Positions 8,801 to 16,884 of a stretch of 32,000 nucleotides of DNA are shown here, one piece after another (the first letter of the stretch is position 1; every line of letters starts with the position of its first letter). The stretch comes from Iocasia fonsfrigidae (lineage in GTDB: Bacteria; Bacillota; Halanaerobiia; Halanaerobiales; DTU029), in contig NZ_CP046640.1 of NCBI RefSeq assembly GCF_017751145.1, forward strand, positions 444,137-476,136, given 5' to 3'. The notes under the pieces are model-generated. The model ran no database searches and was not told the origin of the DNA. It was given only the letters and a program-made list of their open reading frames with translations. The position numbers and the translations under genes are program-made.

Positions 8801-10017
8801 TTCAGGGTTTTCCACTCCGGGTAGTGGGGGATTACTTTCCTTCCTTGCCCAGGATAAGGGGATTTGTCAATGGTAATATATCACTCAGTGGGCTAATTGA
8901 TGACCCGCAATTTAACGGTAGATTAGCCCTGGAGGGTGTTGGTTTTAATAGTGACTATCTAAAGATTTCCGGGCTACATGGTGAAGTGTTATTCTCAGGA
9001 GAGACTATTTCTATTCCTCGTTTAAAAGGTAAGTCTGGTAAGGGGGACATTATCATAGAGGGTAAGATCAGGCCCTTTAGCAGAGATGACAATTACCACC
9101 TCAGTATATATGGAGATGATATTCCCCTTGATTATGGTTCATTTGATGGAGAGATTGACCCCAGGCTTAAGATTATTGGTTCTTTTAGCAGACCATTTAT
9201 TCAGGGTGATATCATTACACATGATCTGGAGATAGGCATTCCAATCAAATGGCCGTCAGGAGATGCTAAGGGGGAAATTTATCTAGACCTCACCCTTTAT
9301 CCAGATGAAGATGTTTATTTAAGAAACAAGTATTTTGATATACTGATACAGAGTGGTAGTTTTCGCCTCCTAAATATTAATGGAAACCTTCAGTTTGAGG
9401 GGGAGCTTAGTAGTGAACAGGGGACCTTAAGCTATTACAACAATAAATTTTTTCTGGAAGAGGCTACTGCAGAGTTTAATAGGTATGAAGAATTACTCCC
9501 GAATTTAGATGTCAAGGCCTGGACCAGGATTGATGGTAACAGGATAGAGGTACAATTTAAAGGACTGCCTGGTCAGATGATAACTACCTTTACATCAGAG
9601 CCTACCCTGAGTGAAGAGGAAATAATGTCTTTACTAACCAGGTCTGGAGGCATTGGGGAGTTTGTGGCAGGTAATCTCAGTGGGGTTTTTAGTCAGGAGA
9701 TTTATCGCTATATACGAGACTATATTCAATTAGATATCTTAAAAGAGATAGAATTTGGGGTTAAGGAGGCCTTTAGTCTTGATGAATTTGAGATTGACAC
9801 CTATAATCTGGGGTTTGCTCAGGAGATGACTCTTTATCTAGGAGAATATTTTGGGGATGATATTTATTTACAGTATTCAACAACCCTGGGACCTGGTGGT
9901 AAGAGGGATAATCAGTTTTCATTAAAGTATTATCTAGATGACAATTTTATTATTAAGGGAGACCTATTTGAGGATAATGCTTATTCCATTGGTTTTGAGA
10001 CCGGATTTAACTTTTAA
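5854..10017 (+). CDS. tamB: TamB-like translocation and assembly module protein (AsmA-like, C-terminal DUF490-type region)
   Basis: 1387-aa ORF with one N-terminal TM anchor (IIYLSLLMFFILTAVFIM). It continues with >1300 aa of repetitive beta-rich sequence containing recurring ..G.L..PE..G.. modules. The C-terminal ..LTRSGG...L.YY..D......G. region ends FETGFNF. Its position next to bamA supports the call. RBS GGGGGG. Confidence 0.85.
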   Translation: MKTKSIIYLSLLMFFILTAVFIMKVSTEIIDLKEEIINYIDEVYQLKIEVGSIDFWSFTALSLYDTEVLLDHDNISFSSPEVKLYYNPLELIFSQKKIIDGIKQIKFINPVLNVKNQATGDAGTVDQVIKDYLPSGKKPVQLIVQDGTVQYSGEGQEIRLEKLDLALLIDEEGWQGDLKTGFLDLAKLSSPLEKIFSEQQGSIQNLTGQGSLELIFQGKGVAVRDYSGRLLLDGVEGLISCTDYLDDEVFNDLSGEILFDSASQQLQLNGLYLNFFKTAVQLSGSLDFSRDTPEIFARVYSSDFNPERIDILKEYLPISGTGMVELLIAGDLSSPELQLDYSLSDGELFNREQPWKQEIAGLDTVMRYHDGFLYLDYFNLNINQESYFSASGLIKQDKLEYSIDLQGKNIDLGLVEEYLPDYKLPTATGKIDINSSISGQGLDLDRLNLLGDFRINNSAVKDYRLDLIEGQFWLSQKALLIQQGLVKTPYGNMNFSGELNLLNKKLAFSYENSQLDLSLLTPLLDDKLSLKGLASIKGRVDGYLDKPEMTARISIDNGMLDKYQFSNLNFRAEYIEDKLSVPALSCEYQGAAVEASGNLMPSLQASIMIEDLPYHDLAKISGMSIPLEGLFDLSLGISGSFTSPEIKGEVFSQETSLVYQNFSYSLDRLSALFSWGDNTLLLEDLDLHRDRTHLTAEGEIIEEEINLDFILNELDFEEYLPEMALKGDASIKGTMTGKLSNPELNGLIVADSIIYNNYMIDGLVGELSYSDDKIIITNSYLRCGSDDYNIHGKLTNLSKDIKLDLILETERGKIKDLLNRYYTGLPIPEDYYFSGSVVVGGSITTPEAEVDLSFFGAEESQGTVTMIGDIKDGFNLKLKGQGVEIEQIPAIIDRDINLKGKLDFQGEITGNFDSYQLKLATFLLDASIGNSTIESIKGNLSFTQTGLLYLEQVLTDSADRTLTFSGYIPVKKTAGEYDLKADFQGFPLRVVGDYFPSLPRIRGFVNGNISLSGLIDDPQFNGRLALEGVGFNSDYLKISGLHGEVLFSGETISIPRLKGKSGKGDIIIEGKIRPFSRDDNYHLSIYGDDIPLDYGSFDGEIDPRLKIIGSFSRPFIQGDIITHDLEIGIPIKWPSGDAKGEIYLDLTLYPDEDVYLRNKYFDILIQSGSFRLLNINGNLQFEGELSSEQGTLSYYNNKFFLEEATAEFNRYEELLPNLDVKAWTRIDGNRIEVQFKGLPGQMITTFTSEPTLSEEEIMSLLTRSGGIGEFVAGNLSGVFSQEIYRYIRDYIQLDILKEIEFGVKEAFSLDEFEIDTYNLGFAQEMTLYLGEYFGDDIYLQYSTTLGPGGKRDNQFSLKYYLDDNFIIKGDLFEDNAYSIGFETGFNF

Positions 10018-10029
10018 AAGGAGATAGAG

Positions 10030-10626
10030 ATGAAGGAATATTTAAAAAAGATAAGGGATTTAAAATTACCTACATCTGAAGAAGAACAAGCCTTATGGTT
10101 TAGATATAAAAATGAGAATGAGCAGGAGGCCCGCCAGGAGTTGATTAGCTATTACCAGCCTCTGGTCTTTAAACTTGTCCAGCAGTTTAAGGCTGATCGG
10201 GGAGTATTTATGGACCTGATCCAGGAGGGCAATCTAGGGTTGATAGATGCTGTTGATTCCTATAGACCAGGATTTAATACCAGGTTTTCTACCTTTGCTG
10301 TTTATCATATCAGGGGTAGAATTATTGATTACCTTAATAAAGGTAGTAGGGCCAGAAAATTCCCTGTTATGGGAGATATCCTTCCTGAGAAACTGGAGGA
10401 AACTGTAGAAAGGTCAATACTGGCTGACAGGGTTAAAGAGCTTGTCAAAGGCTTACCCTCTAAGGAAAGACAGGTTATTAACAAGCGTTTCCTGGATAGT
10501 AAAAAGGCAGAACTGGCTGCTGCAGAAATGGGAATAAGCCTGTCTTACCTTTACCGCCTACAGAAAAAAGCCGTTAGAAGGCTTCGGGGTAAACTAGCTA
10601 CTTTTATTCATCAGTGGAATAAGTAA
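10030..10626 (+). CDS. Small sigma-70-family RNA polymerase sigma factor (group 3-like, regions 2 and 4)
   Basis: Region 2: YYQPLVFKLVQQF...DLIQEGNLGLIDAVDSY...RFSTFAVYHIRGRIIDYL. Region 4 HTH: LPSKERQVINKRF...ELAAAEMGISLSYLYRLQKKAVRRLR. RBS AAGGAG. It starts 13 nt after the tamB stop. Confidence 0.85.
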   Translation: MKEYLKKIRDLKLPTSEEEQALWFRYKNENEQEARQELISYYQPLVFKLVQQFKADRGVFMDLIQEGNLGLIDAVDSYRPGFNTRFSTFAVYHIRGRIIDYLNKGSRARKFPVMGDILPEKLEETVERSILADRVKELVKGLPSKERQVINKRFLDSKKAELAAAEMGISLSYLYRLQKKAVRRLRGKLATFIHQWNK

Positions 10627-10804
10627 ACATTGTACAGCAAACAGAAGTAAAACAGTACAAACTTGGTGTGTATTGCATATAATTACAGCTAAACAACTTA
10701 AATGGCTGTTTTTATAAAAATGTGAGCAGTCAAAAATATAAGGCTTAGAAGGATATTAATAGTAGAAGATAGGAGATTAGCTAAATTGAGTAATTATTAA
10801 AGGG

Positions 10805-11197
10805 GTGGGTTTAGGAGTGCTTGGGATTATGAGACATATTTCTTATGCCCGTGATTGGCTGTGCCGTGCAGAAAAAAAGATTGAGTCTGGTGATCTGGTA
10901 GAAGGTGAGTTTTTTCTTTCCCTTGCCGAAGCAGAGACACGTAAGGCCTGGGAAAGGAGTTATTCTTCTCGAAATAGGTGGCCGTCCAGAAAATTTCCAC
11001 TGGCTCTTACTTTTAGTCTGTTCTTAATGGCTGCGATTGCTTTTGTTTTCTTTTTTAGAGGTGATCCCCAGCTGGAGCCGGTAGAATTAAAGCTGACCGA
11101 AGGGTATCAACAGAGTGTTCGACTGACAGACAGGGGTAATATACGTTTAATCAGTGTTGATCTATCTGTTAATAATAATTTGAATAGGGGGAAGTAA
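10805..11197 (+). CDS. Single-pass membrane protein of unknown function (putative anti-sigma-like); first gene of the bamA unit
   Basis: It has a ~60-aa helical, charged N-terminal part, one TM (FPLALTFSLFLMAAIAFVFFF) and a ~45-aa C-terminal part. Start is ambiguous: GTG 10805, GTG 10817 or ATG 10829. The stop at 11195-11197 is 1 nt from the bamA GTG, suggesting translational coupling. Confidence 0.55.
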   Translation: MGLGVLGIMRHISYARDWLCRAEKKIESGDLVEGEFFLSLAEAETRKAWERSYSSRNRWPSRKFPLALTFSLFLMAAIAFVFFFRGDPQLEPVELKLTEGYQQSVRLTDRGNIRLISVDLSVNNNLNRGK

Positions 11198-11198
11198 T

Positions 11199-12908
11199 GT
11201 GAAGCATTTCTTGGTACTTATTATATTATGTAATCTTATATTATTTTCAGGTGTTACTATGGCAGAGAATGAGCTATTAGAGCAGAACCTTCAATTTATT
11301 ACAGCGATTGCCTTCGAAGGGAATGAAAGGGTCTCCGATGAGGAGATTAGATCCTTAATCAGTACTGAAGCTGGTGAATTGCTTGATGAAGAAAAAATAA
11401 AGAATGATATGCAGAAGCTCTATGATACTGGATATTTTCAGGATGTAAAGGTATCTTTTGAAGTCTATAATGCTGGCTTAAAGGCTATTTTTGAACTGTC
11501 TGAATACCCGCTTGTAGAAGATATTATTATTAAAGGTAATGAATCATATAGTGATCAGGAATTAATGAAGGAAATAAAACTGGTCAAAGGTGAGATATTA
11601 AACCATAATGCTATACTTGAAAGTAGAAAAGCTATTGAACGATTATATCAGGAGGCTGGTTATGTCCTGGCGGTTTTAAAAGATATTGACATAGATGATA
11701 ATGGTGTAGTTAGCTTTGAAATTAATGAGGGTTATTTAAATGAACTAATCATAGAGGGTAATGAAAAAACAAAGGATTTTGTTATCCGCCGTGAATTTGA
11801 TTTTAAAAAAGGTGATGTAATTAATATTAAAGAACTCCAGGAGTCCTTTCGTCAACTGGTCAGATTAAATTACTTTGAAGATATAAATCCTAAACTAGAA
11901 AGGGTAGATTTTGAGAAAAATACTGCTAATGTAATTCTGGAGGTAACTGAGGGTCGAACAGGCCGCTTTAATTTTGGTGTTTCTTATAGTACAGCAGAGG
12001 GAAAAGGCTGGGGTGGTTTTATTACAGTTCAGGAAAGAAACCTTTTTGGTAACGGCCAGACCCTTGGTTTTGACTGGGAATTTGGCAGCACAACAAATTA
12101 TGAGATTAACTTTTACGAACCATGGGTTTTGGGAACACCGACTTCTTTTGGAATAGGGGTTTATGATAAATCATATAGTTCTGAGGATTCTGTTAAAGGG
12201 GATTATGATGTTGATAAATCAGGGGGGAGTATTTCCCTGGGACATCCCCTGACAGAGGAATGGAATGGTAGAATTAAATTTAAGGTTGAAAAATCAAAGC
12301 TTGATTGGGAAGATAAGGAATATACAAAAGATGGTAAGACTTATGAAAATGACCCTGAAGATATTGATCTGCGTAGTATTACTCTACAGACCAGTAGAGA
12401 TACCACCAATCATCCCTTTAATCCTACTGGTGGTGGTATAGATGTTCTATCATTAGAATATGCCGGTCACTTCCTTGGTGGGGATGCCGATTTTGTTAAA
12501 TACAGGACTGATTTCAGGAGATTTTACAATGGTTTTAAAGGTAACCAGGCCTGGGCACTCCGCTTACAGACAGGTTTTAGTGATGGGGATCTGCCAGAGC
12601 TTGAAAAATATAGATTAGGTGGGTCAGAGACAATACGTGGTTATGATAAAGGTTCTTTTACTGGTGATGATATGCTTTTGGTAAATCTGGAGTATAGAAT
12701 ACCAATTACTGAGAATTTTACTGGTGTGCTCTTTGCTGATGGTGGTAATACCTGGGATTCTTACCGGGATATACAGCTTGATGACCTACACTATTCGACT
12801 GGTTTGGGAATTAGAATGGATACATTCTTAGGCCAGATTAGATTAGACTATGGTTTCAATGAAGATGGTGAAGGACAACCTCATTTCAGTATTGGTAATA
12901 CATTTTAG
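11199..12908 (+). CDS. bamA: Omp85-family outer membrane protein assembly factor BamA (3 POTRA domains plus beta-barrel)
   Basis: It has a signal peptide and three POTRA-like repeats (I..I.FEGNERVSDEEI.., VEDIIIKGNESYSDQEL.., LNELIIEGNEKTKDFVIRREF..). The C-terminal barrel carries RGY/RLGG-type motifs (YRLGGSETIRGYD) and ends FSIGNTF with a terminal Phe. Confidence 0.9.
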   Translation: MKHFLVLIILCNLILFSGVTMAENELLEQNLQFITAIAFEGNERVSDEEIRSLISTEAGELLDEEKIKNDMQKLYDTGYFQDVKVSFEVYNAGLKAIFELSEYPLVEDIIIKGNESYSDQELMKEIKLVKGEILNHNAILESRKAIERLYQEAGYVLAVLKDIDIDDNGVVSFEINEGYLNELIIEGNEKTKDFVIRREFDFKKGDVINIKELQESFRQLVRLNYFEDINPKLERVDFEKNTANVILEVTEGRTGRFNFGVSYSTAEGKGWGGFITVQERNLFGNGQTLGFDWEFGSTTNYEINFYEPWVLGTPTSFGIGVYDKSYSSEDSVKGDYDVDKSGGSISLGHPLTEEWNGRIKFKVEKSKLDWEDKEYTKDGKTYENDPEDIDLRSITLQTSRDTTNHPFNPTGGGIDVLSLEYAGHFLGGDADFVKYRTDFRRFYNGFKGNQAWALRLQTGFSDGDLPELEKYRLGGSETIRGYDKGSFTGDDMLLVNLEYRIPITENFTGVLFADGGNTWDSYRDIQLDDLHYSTGLGIRMDTFLGQIRLDYGFNEDGEGQPHFSIGNTF

Positions 12909-12929
12909 TAAAAGAGGAAGGGGAATAAG

Positions 12930-13454
12930 ATGCAAAATTACAGGCCTAAATTTGCAGTAGTAATTGGATTAATATTAATAATTACTGGATTTCTGGTTTT
13001 GGTTTATCCACAAACTAATATAGCGGCAGGGGATGATGCTAAAGGCAGGATTGCCTATGTTGACCTCTGGACTGTTTTTAATGTTCATCCAGGTAAGGCT
13101 TCTGCCGAGGAGGAACTCAATATGCTTGCCCAGGATATGCAGGCTGAATTAGAGGAGAAAGCCAGTGACCTGCCAGAGGCTCAGCAGCAGGAAATGTTGC
13201 AGGAATACCAGACTAAATTGAGTCAGCAGGAGCAGGAATTAATCGAGGGTATTATTGATCAAATCAAAGCAGCTATAGTAGATGTAGCTGAGGAGAAAGA
13301 AGTTAAGTTAGTGGTTGATAAACAGAGTATTTTCTATGGTGGTTATGATTTGACCCAGGATGTCATAGATTATATTAATAAACAGCAGGGGTCATTACAG
13401 GAACCACTTGATGCAACAGAAGAAGAATTATCAGATGAATTAACTGGGGATTAA
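12930..13454 (+). CDS. OmpH/Skp-family periplasmic chaperone
   Basis: N-terminal anchor or signal, then IAYVDLWTVFNVHPGKASAEEEL, a Q/E-rich helical arm, and ..KLVVDKQSIFYGGYDLTQDVIDYIN. This is the typical OmpH layout, and it sits directly after bamA. Confidence 0.8.
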   Translation: MQNYRPKFAVVIGLILIITGFLVLVYPQTNIAAGDDAKGRIAYVDLWTVFNVHPGKASAEEELNMLAQDMQAELEEKASDLPEAQQQEMLQEYQTKLSQQEQELIEGIIDQIKAAIVDVAEEKEVKLVVDKQSIFYGGYDLTQDVIDYINKQQGSLQEPLDATEEELSDELTGD

Positions 13455-13469
13455 AAAAGGAGGCAGGAG

Positions 13470-14432
13470 ATGTTGAAGGGAATATTCAGAATTTTGACAG
13501 TTGTGGCAGTTATACTTGGAATTGCTGGACTGGGTCTGTTTTATCTTGTTTCATCAGGGACGGCATCTCCTGAAAGTGTGAATATCAGGACAGTGCTGGA
13601 TAATTATTTAACAGATAATCCTGCTGGGCAACTGAGTGAGGAGATAAGCCTTAAGAGAGAAAACCTCCGCAATCAGCTGGCAAGGTTAAGAAATCAGGAA
13701 AAGCTCTTAAATAATAAAAAGGCTGCTCTGGAGCTAATTGTTGAAGAAGAACTGGCAGAAATCAGAGGAAAATATGAAGAAGAAATTCTTGATTTTAAAA
13801 AAGAACTGGAAGTTTCTTTTGAGAATTTTAGAGAAGAAAAAAGGCAGGAATATCAGGAAAAAATACTGGTTAAGAAGGAATCTTATGAGCAAAGACTTGA
13901 TGAATTAATCGAAGGATATAAGGATAAAAAAAGGCAGGAACTAGCAGATTATCAGCAGCAGCTACTTGATAATTACCATAAGGAAACTTTAAATTACCGT
14001 CTTAAACTCCTGGCTCTGGAGCTTAGTGAGGAAGAAGAGAGGGCTTATAAGGATAAAATAACTGGCCTGGAGCAGAGTCAGGAGGAAGCGGTCAAGGCTA
14101 AAGAAGATCAAATGAATGAGAGTCTTCAGGAAGAAACCAGCCGCTTAAGACAGGAATTTGACGAGGACTTCCTTGAGCTGCAGGAGAAAATGGAACAGGA
14201 GATGAAGCGTGAGATAAACAGTAAACTGCTTTCTAATGAGCAGGCATTGGAGGGTTTTATTGCTGAACAGGAAGTGCTGCTAAATGAGGAAATGGTACAA
14301 AGGCGTAGGGAATTAAGTGAACGAAGCAAAGAAGAGATTGTATTACTGGAGAATTTAGTCAGGGAGATAAGGAATGATTATCTTACCCTCCAGTCACAAA
14401 TTGCTAAACTGGAGAAGGAAGTGATTAAATAG
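13470..14432 (+). CDS. Membrane-anchored E/K/Q-rich coiled-coil protein, function unknown
   Basis: N-terminal TM (ILTVVAVILGIAGLGLFYLV) followed by ~270 aa of near-continuous heptad-like charged sequence. RBS AAGGAGG. It sits between two OmpH/Skp genes. Confidence 0.6.
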   Translation: MLKGIFRILTVVAVILGIAGLGLFYLVSSGTASPESVNIRTVLDNYLTDNPAGQLSEEISLKRENLRNQLARLRNQEKLLNNKKAALELIVEEELAEIRGKYEEEILDFKKELEVSFENFREEKRQEYQEKILVKKESYEQRLDELIEGYKDKKRQELADYQQQLLDNYHKETLNYRLKLLALELSEEEERAYKDKITGLEQSQEEAVKAKEDQMNESLQEETSRLRQEFDEDFLELQEKMEQEMKREINSKLLSNEQALEGFIAEQEVLLNEEMVQRRRELSERSKEEIVLLENLVREIRNDYLTLQSQIAKLEKEVIK

Positions 14433-14876
14433 ATGTTAAAAAAGATTATTTTGTTAGGTATCAGTATATCGTTTGTCTTACTGGCTGGTTGTACCTCGCG
14501 CTCACCTGAGATTGCGGTACTGGATATAGAAGAAGTACTGGCCAGAAGTAGAAGAGCTCAGGAATTGCAGGAGGAACTGCTTAATATAGGTAATACCCTG
14601 GAAGAAGAATACAGTCAGCAAGAGGATGAAGAAGAAGACCAGAACCATCTAGAACGGGTTTATCAGGAATACCTTAGTAATAAACAGAGATTAGAGAACA
14701 GTTTTAATGAAGAAGTAAAAGTGGTTATTGAGGAAATAAGAAAGGATAAAAATATAGACACAGTTTTATATAAAGACAGTGTTTATTATGGTGGTCTCGA
14801 TATTACTGAAAAGCTGGTTGAAATGCTTGATAGCAAATATGATGAGGAAGAAGGTAGTGATAATGACAGAGAATGA
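14433..14876 (+). CDS. OmpH/Skp-family protein, predicted lipoprotein
   Basis: Lipobox LLAGC at the end of the signal peptide. IAVLDIEEVLARSRRAQELQEEL and ..TVLYKDSVYYGGLDITEKLVEML parallel the first Skp-like gene. Confidence 0.75.
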   Translation: MLKKIILLGISISFVLLAGCTSRSPEIAVLDIEEVLARSRRAQELQEELLNIGNTLEEEYSQQEDEEEDQNHLERVYQEYLSNKQRLENSFNEEVKVVIEEIRKDKNIDTVLYKDSVYYGGLDITEKLVEMLDSKYDEEEGSDNDRE

Positions 14877-15903
14877 GGGTCTTAGTATTACTGAACTAGC
14901 CCGGCGGGTTAATGGTAAAGTGCTGGGTGACCCGGCCTATCTTATATATGGTGTTTCCGGGGTTAGTGAGAGTACAGCTGAGACTATTACTTTTGCCGAA
15001 ACAGAGCAATACCTCTCCGAGGCTTTAAAGTCAAAAGCCGGGGCTGTAATTGTGCCTGATGGTTTTACAGCTAAAGGGAAGAATATGATTGTAGTTAAAA
15101 AACCGCGTCTGGCTTTTGCCAGAATAGCTGCTGTTTTTGCCCCGAATGTTTTTTATAGGCCGGGGATAGACCCGACATCGACAATTGCTGATTCGGTTGT
15201 AATTGGAGAAAATGTCTCTATCCATCCCTATGTAGTGATTGATGAGGGGGCTGAAATAGCTGACCATGTAATCCTGGCCCCTGGTGTTTATATTGGTGCC
15301 GGGGTAAAGGTGGGAGAGAGTAGTATACTTCACCCTGGAGTTGTAGTCGAATATGACACAGTAATCGGCAAAAAGGTTATGATCCATAGTGGAACAGTGA
15401 TTGGTTCAGATGGCTATGGTTTTGTGACTGACCAGGACGGCCACCATAAAATACCCCAGCTGGGGAAGGTAATTATTGAAGATGATGTAGAGATAGGGGC
15501 CAATGTGACTATTGACCGGGGGACAAGCGGTCCTACTGTTATCGGCAGAGGGACCAAGACAGATAATCTTATCCAATTAGCTCATAATGTTCAAATTGGT
15601 GAAGAAAACCTACTGGTGGCTCAGGTGGGTATCGCTGGTAGTAGTAAGACTGGAAGAAGGGTTACACTTGGCGGCAAAACCGGTGTTGTAGGTCACCTGG
15701 AGATAGGGGATAATACTACTGTTGCTTCTGCTAGTGTAATAACTAAAGACACCCCATCAGGTGTTTTTTATTCGGGCAGCCCAGCCCAGGATCATAAAAA
15801 GGAATTACGTGAACAGGCTGCCAGGCGAAAAATGCCTCAGCTTTTAAAGAGGATAAGTAAGTTGGAGAAGAGGATAGGAGAATTAGAAAAGAAACTTAAT
15901 TAA
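14863..15903 (+). CDS. lpxD: UDP-3-O-(3-hydroxyacyl)glucosamine N-acyltransferase LpxD
   Basis: N-terminal LSITELARRVNGKVLGD, long left-handed beta-helix hexapeptide repeats (IGENVSIHPYVVI.. IGANVTIDRGT..), and a helical C-terminus. The ATG at 14863 overlaps the skp stop. The tracked start at 14779 is a spurious upstream extension. Confidence 0.9.
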   Translation: MTENEGLSITELARRVNGKVLGDPAYLIYGVSGVSESTAETITFAETEQYLSEALKSKAGAVIVPDGFTAKGKNMIVVKKPRLAFARIAAVFAPNVFYRPGIDPTSTIADSVVIGENVSIHPYVVIDEGAEIADHVILAPGVYIGAGVKVGESSILHPGVVVEYDTVIGKKVMIHSGTVIGSDGYGFVTDQDGHHKIPQLGKVIIEDDVEIGANVTIDRGTSGPTVIGRGTKTDNLIQLAHNVQIGEENLLVAQVGIAGSSKTGRRVTLGGKTGVVGHLEIGDNTTVASASVITKDTPSGVFYSGSPAQDHKKELREQAARRKMPQLLKRISKLEKRIGELEKKLN

Positions 15904-15933
15904 TAAACTTTTTGTTAAATTTATAAATGCCCA

Positions 15934-16138
15934 GCCTATTTTGTCATATATTCATTCACTAAAAAAGCTAATTTCACCACAGGTACTCCGTAAGGTTGCC
16001 ATCTCCTCCTTAAGCCAATTAGCAACAAAATAAACTCACTTCACTACGTTGCGTTCAAACAGGATTTTGTTAATCGCTAATTGGCTTAAGTGCGGGGATG
16101 GAGCTTTTTCAAGTTCATTCATATATGCTAAAATAGGC
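15934..16138. repeat. 205-bp long imperfect palindrome (MITE-like or hairpin element) between lpxD and the small OMP gene
   Basis: Termini gcctatttt (15934-15942) pair with aaaataggc (16130-16138). Internal arms also pair: catatat/atatatg, aaaaagct/agcttttt, cttaagccaattagc/gctaattggcttaag (15 bp perfect) and aacaaaat/attttgtt. Confidence 0.6.
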
Positions 16139-16209
16139 ATGTTTTGTTTAATTTAGCGATTATAAATATTCCAGTATTACTTAAATATACCAATAAAGGG
16201 GAAATAGAT

Positions 16210-16818
16210 GTGAGAAGATATGTAGTAGGATTTCTTTTTTTAGTAGTATTAGTGAATGTAGCTGGGAGTGTTATGGCTGTGGACAGGCTTTTGGAGATGC
16301 CGACAGCGGGGTTGATTCATGGTGATGTATTAGTTCGCGGAGAGATAATTCCGGGTTCGCACAGGAATATTGAGGGAGTTTTTGCTCTGGCTGACAGGGT
16401 TCAGTTGGGTGTTGTTGGTAATTATCTGGATAAGGATGATGAGCTGGAGACTGCTGGTAGTCTAAAGCTTCTGTTATTTGATGAGAAGGATGGTTTTCCT
16501 TCAGTTAGTATAGGGGCTAGAGAGAAAGATTTTTATTTTGTAATGAGCAAAAATCTTGGTCATGATATTAGGGCACACCTGGGGATAGGCAACGGGGAAT
16601 TTGATGGTTTGTTTCTTGGTTTTAATAAACTGATCAACCCGGTGGCTGTCCAGACTTCTTCTTCAACAGGTGTCCCCCTTCCCATTAATCTGATGGCGGA
16701 ATATGCTAATCGACAGGTTAATCTTGGTGTCAGGGTTTATTTCCGTGAAGCGATAGCTGTTGATGCCGGGTTAATGGATTTTGAGAAGGTAAAATTAGGG
16801 ATGAATTATAGTTTTTAA
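16210..16818 (+). CDS. Small predicted outer-membrane beta-barrel protein, unknown function
   Basis: GTG at 16210 after RBS AAAGGGG gives a signal peptide (RRYVVGFLFLVVLVNVAGSVMA). The sequence has alternating beta-strand-like segments and ends KLGMNYSF, a terminal-Phe beta-signal like those of bamA and ompM here. Confidence 0.6.
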   Translation: MRRYVVGFLFLVVLVNVAGSVMAVDRLLEMPTAGLIHGDVLVRGEIIPGSHRNIEGVFALADRVQLGVVGNYLDKDDELETAGSLKLLLFDEKDGFPSVSIGAREKDFYFVMSKNLGHDIRAHLGIGNGEFDGLFLGFNKLINPVAVQTSSSTGVPLPINLMAEYANRQVNLGVRVYFREAIAVDAGLMDFEKVKLGMNYSF

Positions 16819-16831
16819 AATATACGGTAAG

Positions 16832-16860
16832 AAAAGTCCTCAGTAATGGGGACTTTTTCT
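16832..16860 (+). terminator. Intrinsic terminator after the small OMP gene
   Basis: aaaagtcctc (16832-16841), loop agtaat, ggggactttt (16848-16857), followed by a T-run. Confidence 0.8.
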
Positions 16861-16884
16861 TGTAAAAATATAATTATAAAGATC

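Noticed and set aside
13470-14432. The E/K-rich ORF might be non-coding low-complexity DNA
   Set aside because: It has a strong RBS and a proper TM anchor. It abuts its neighbours precisely (stop codon directly followed by the next ATG), and the frame is uninterrupted for 320 codons. I treat it as a real gene.
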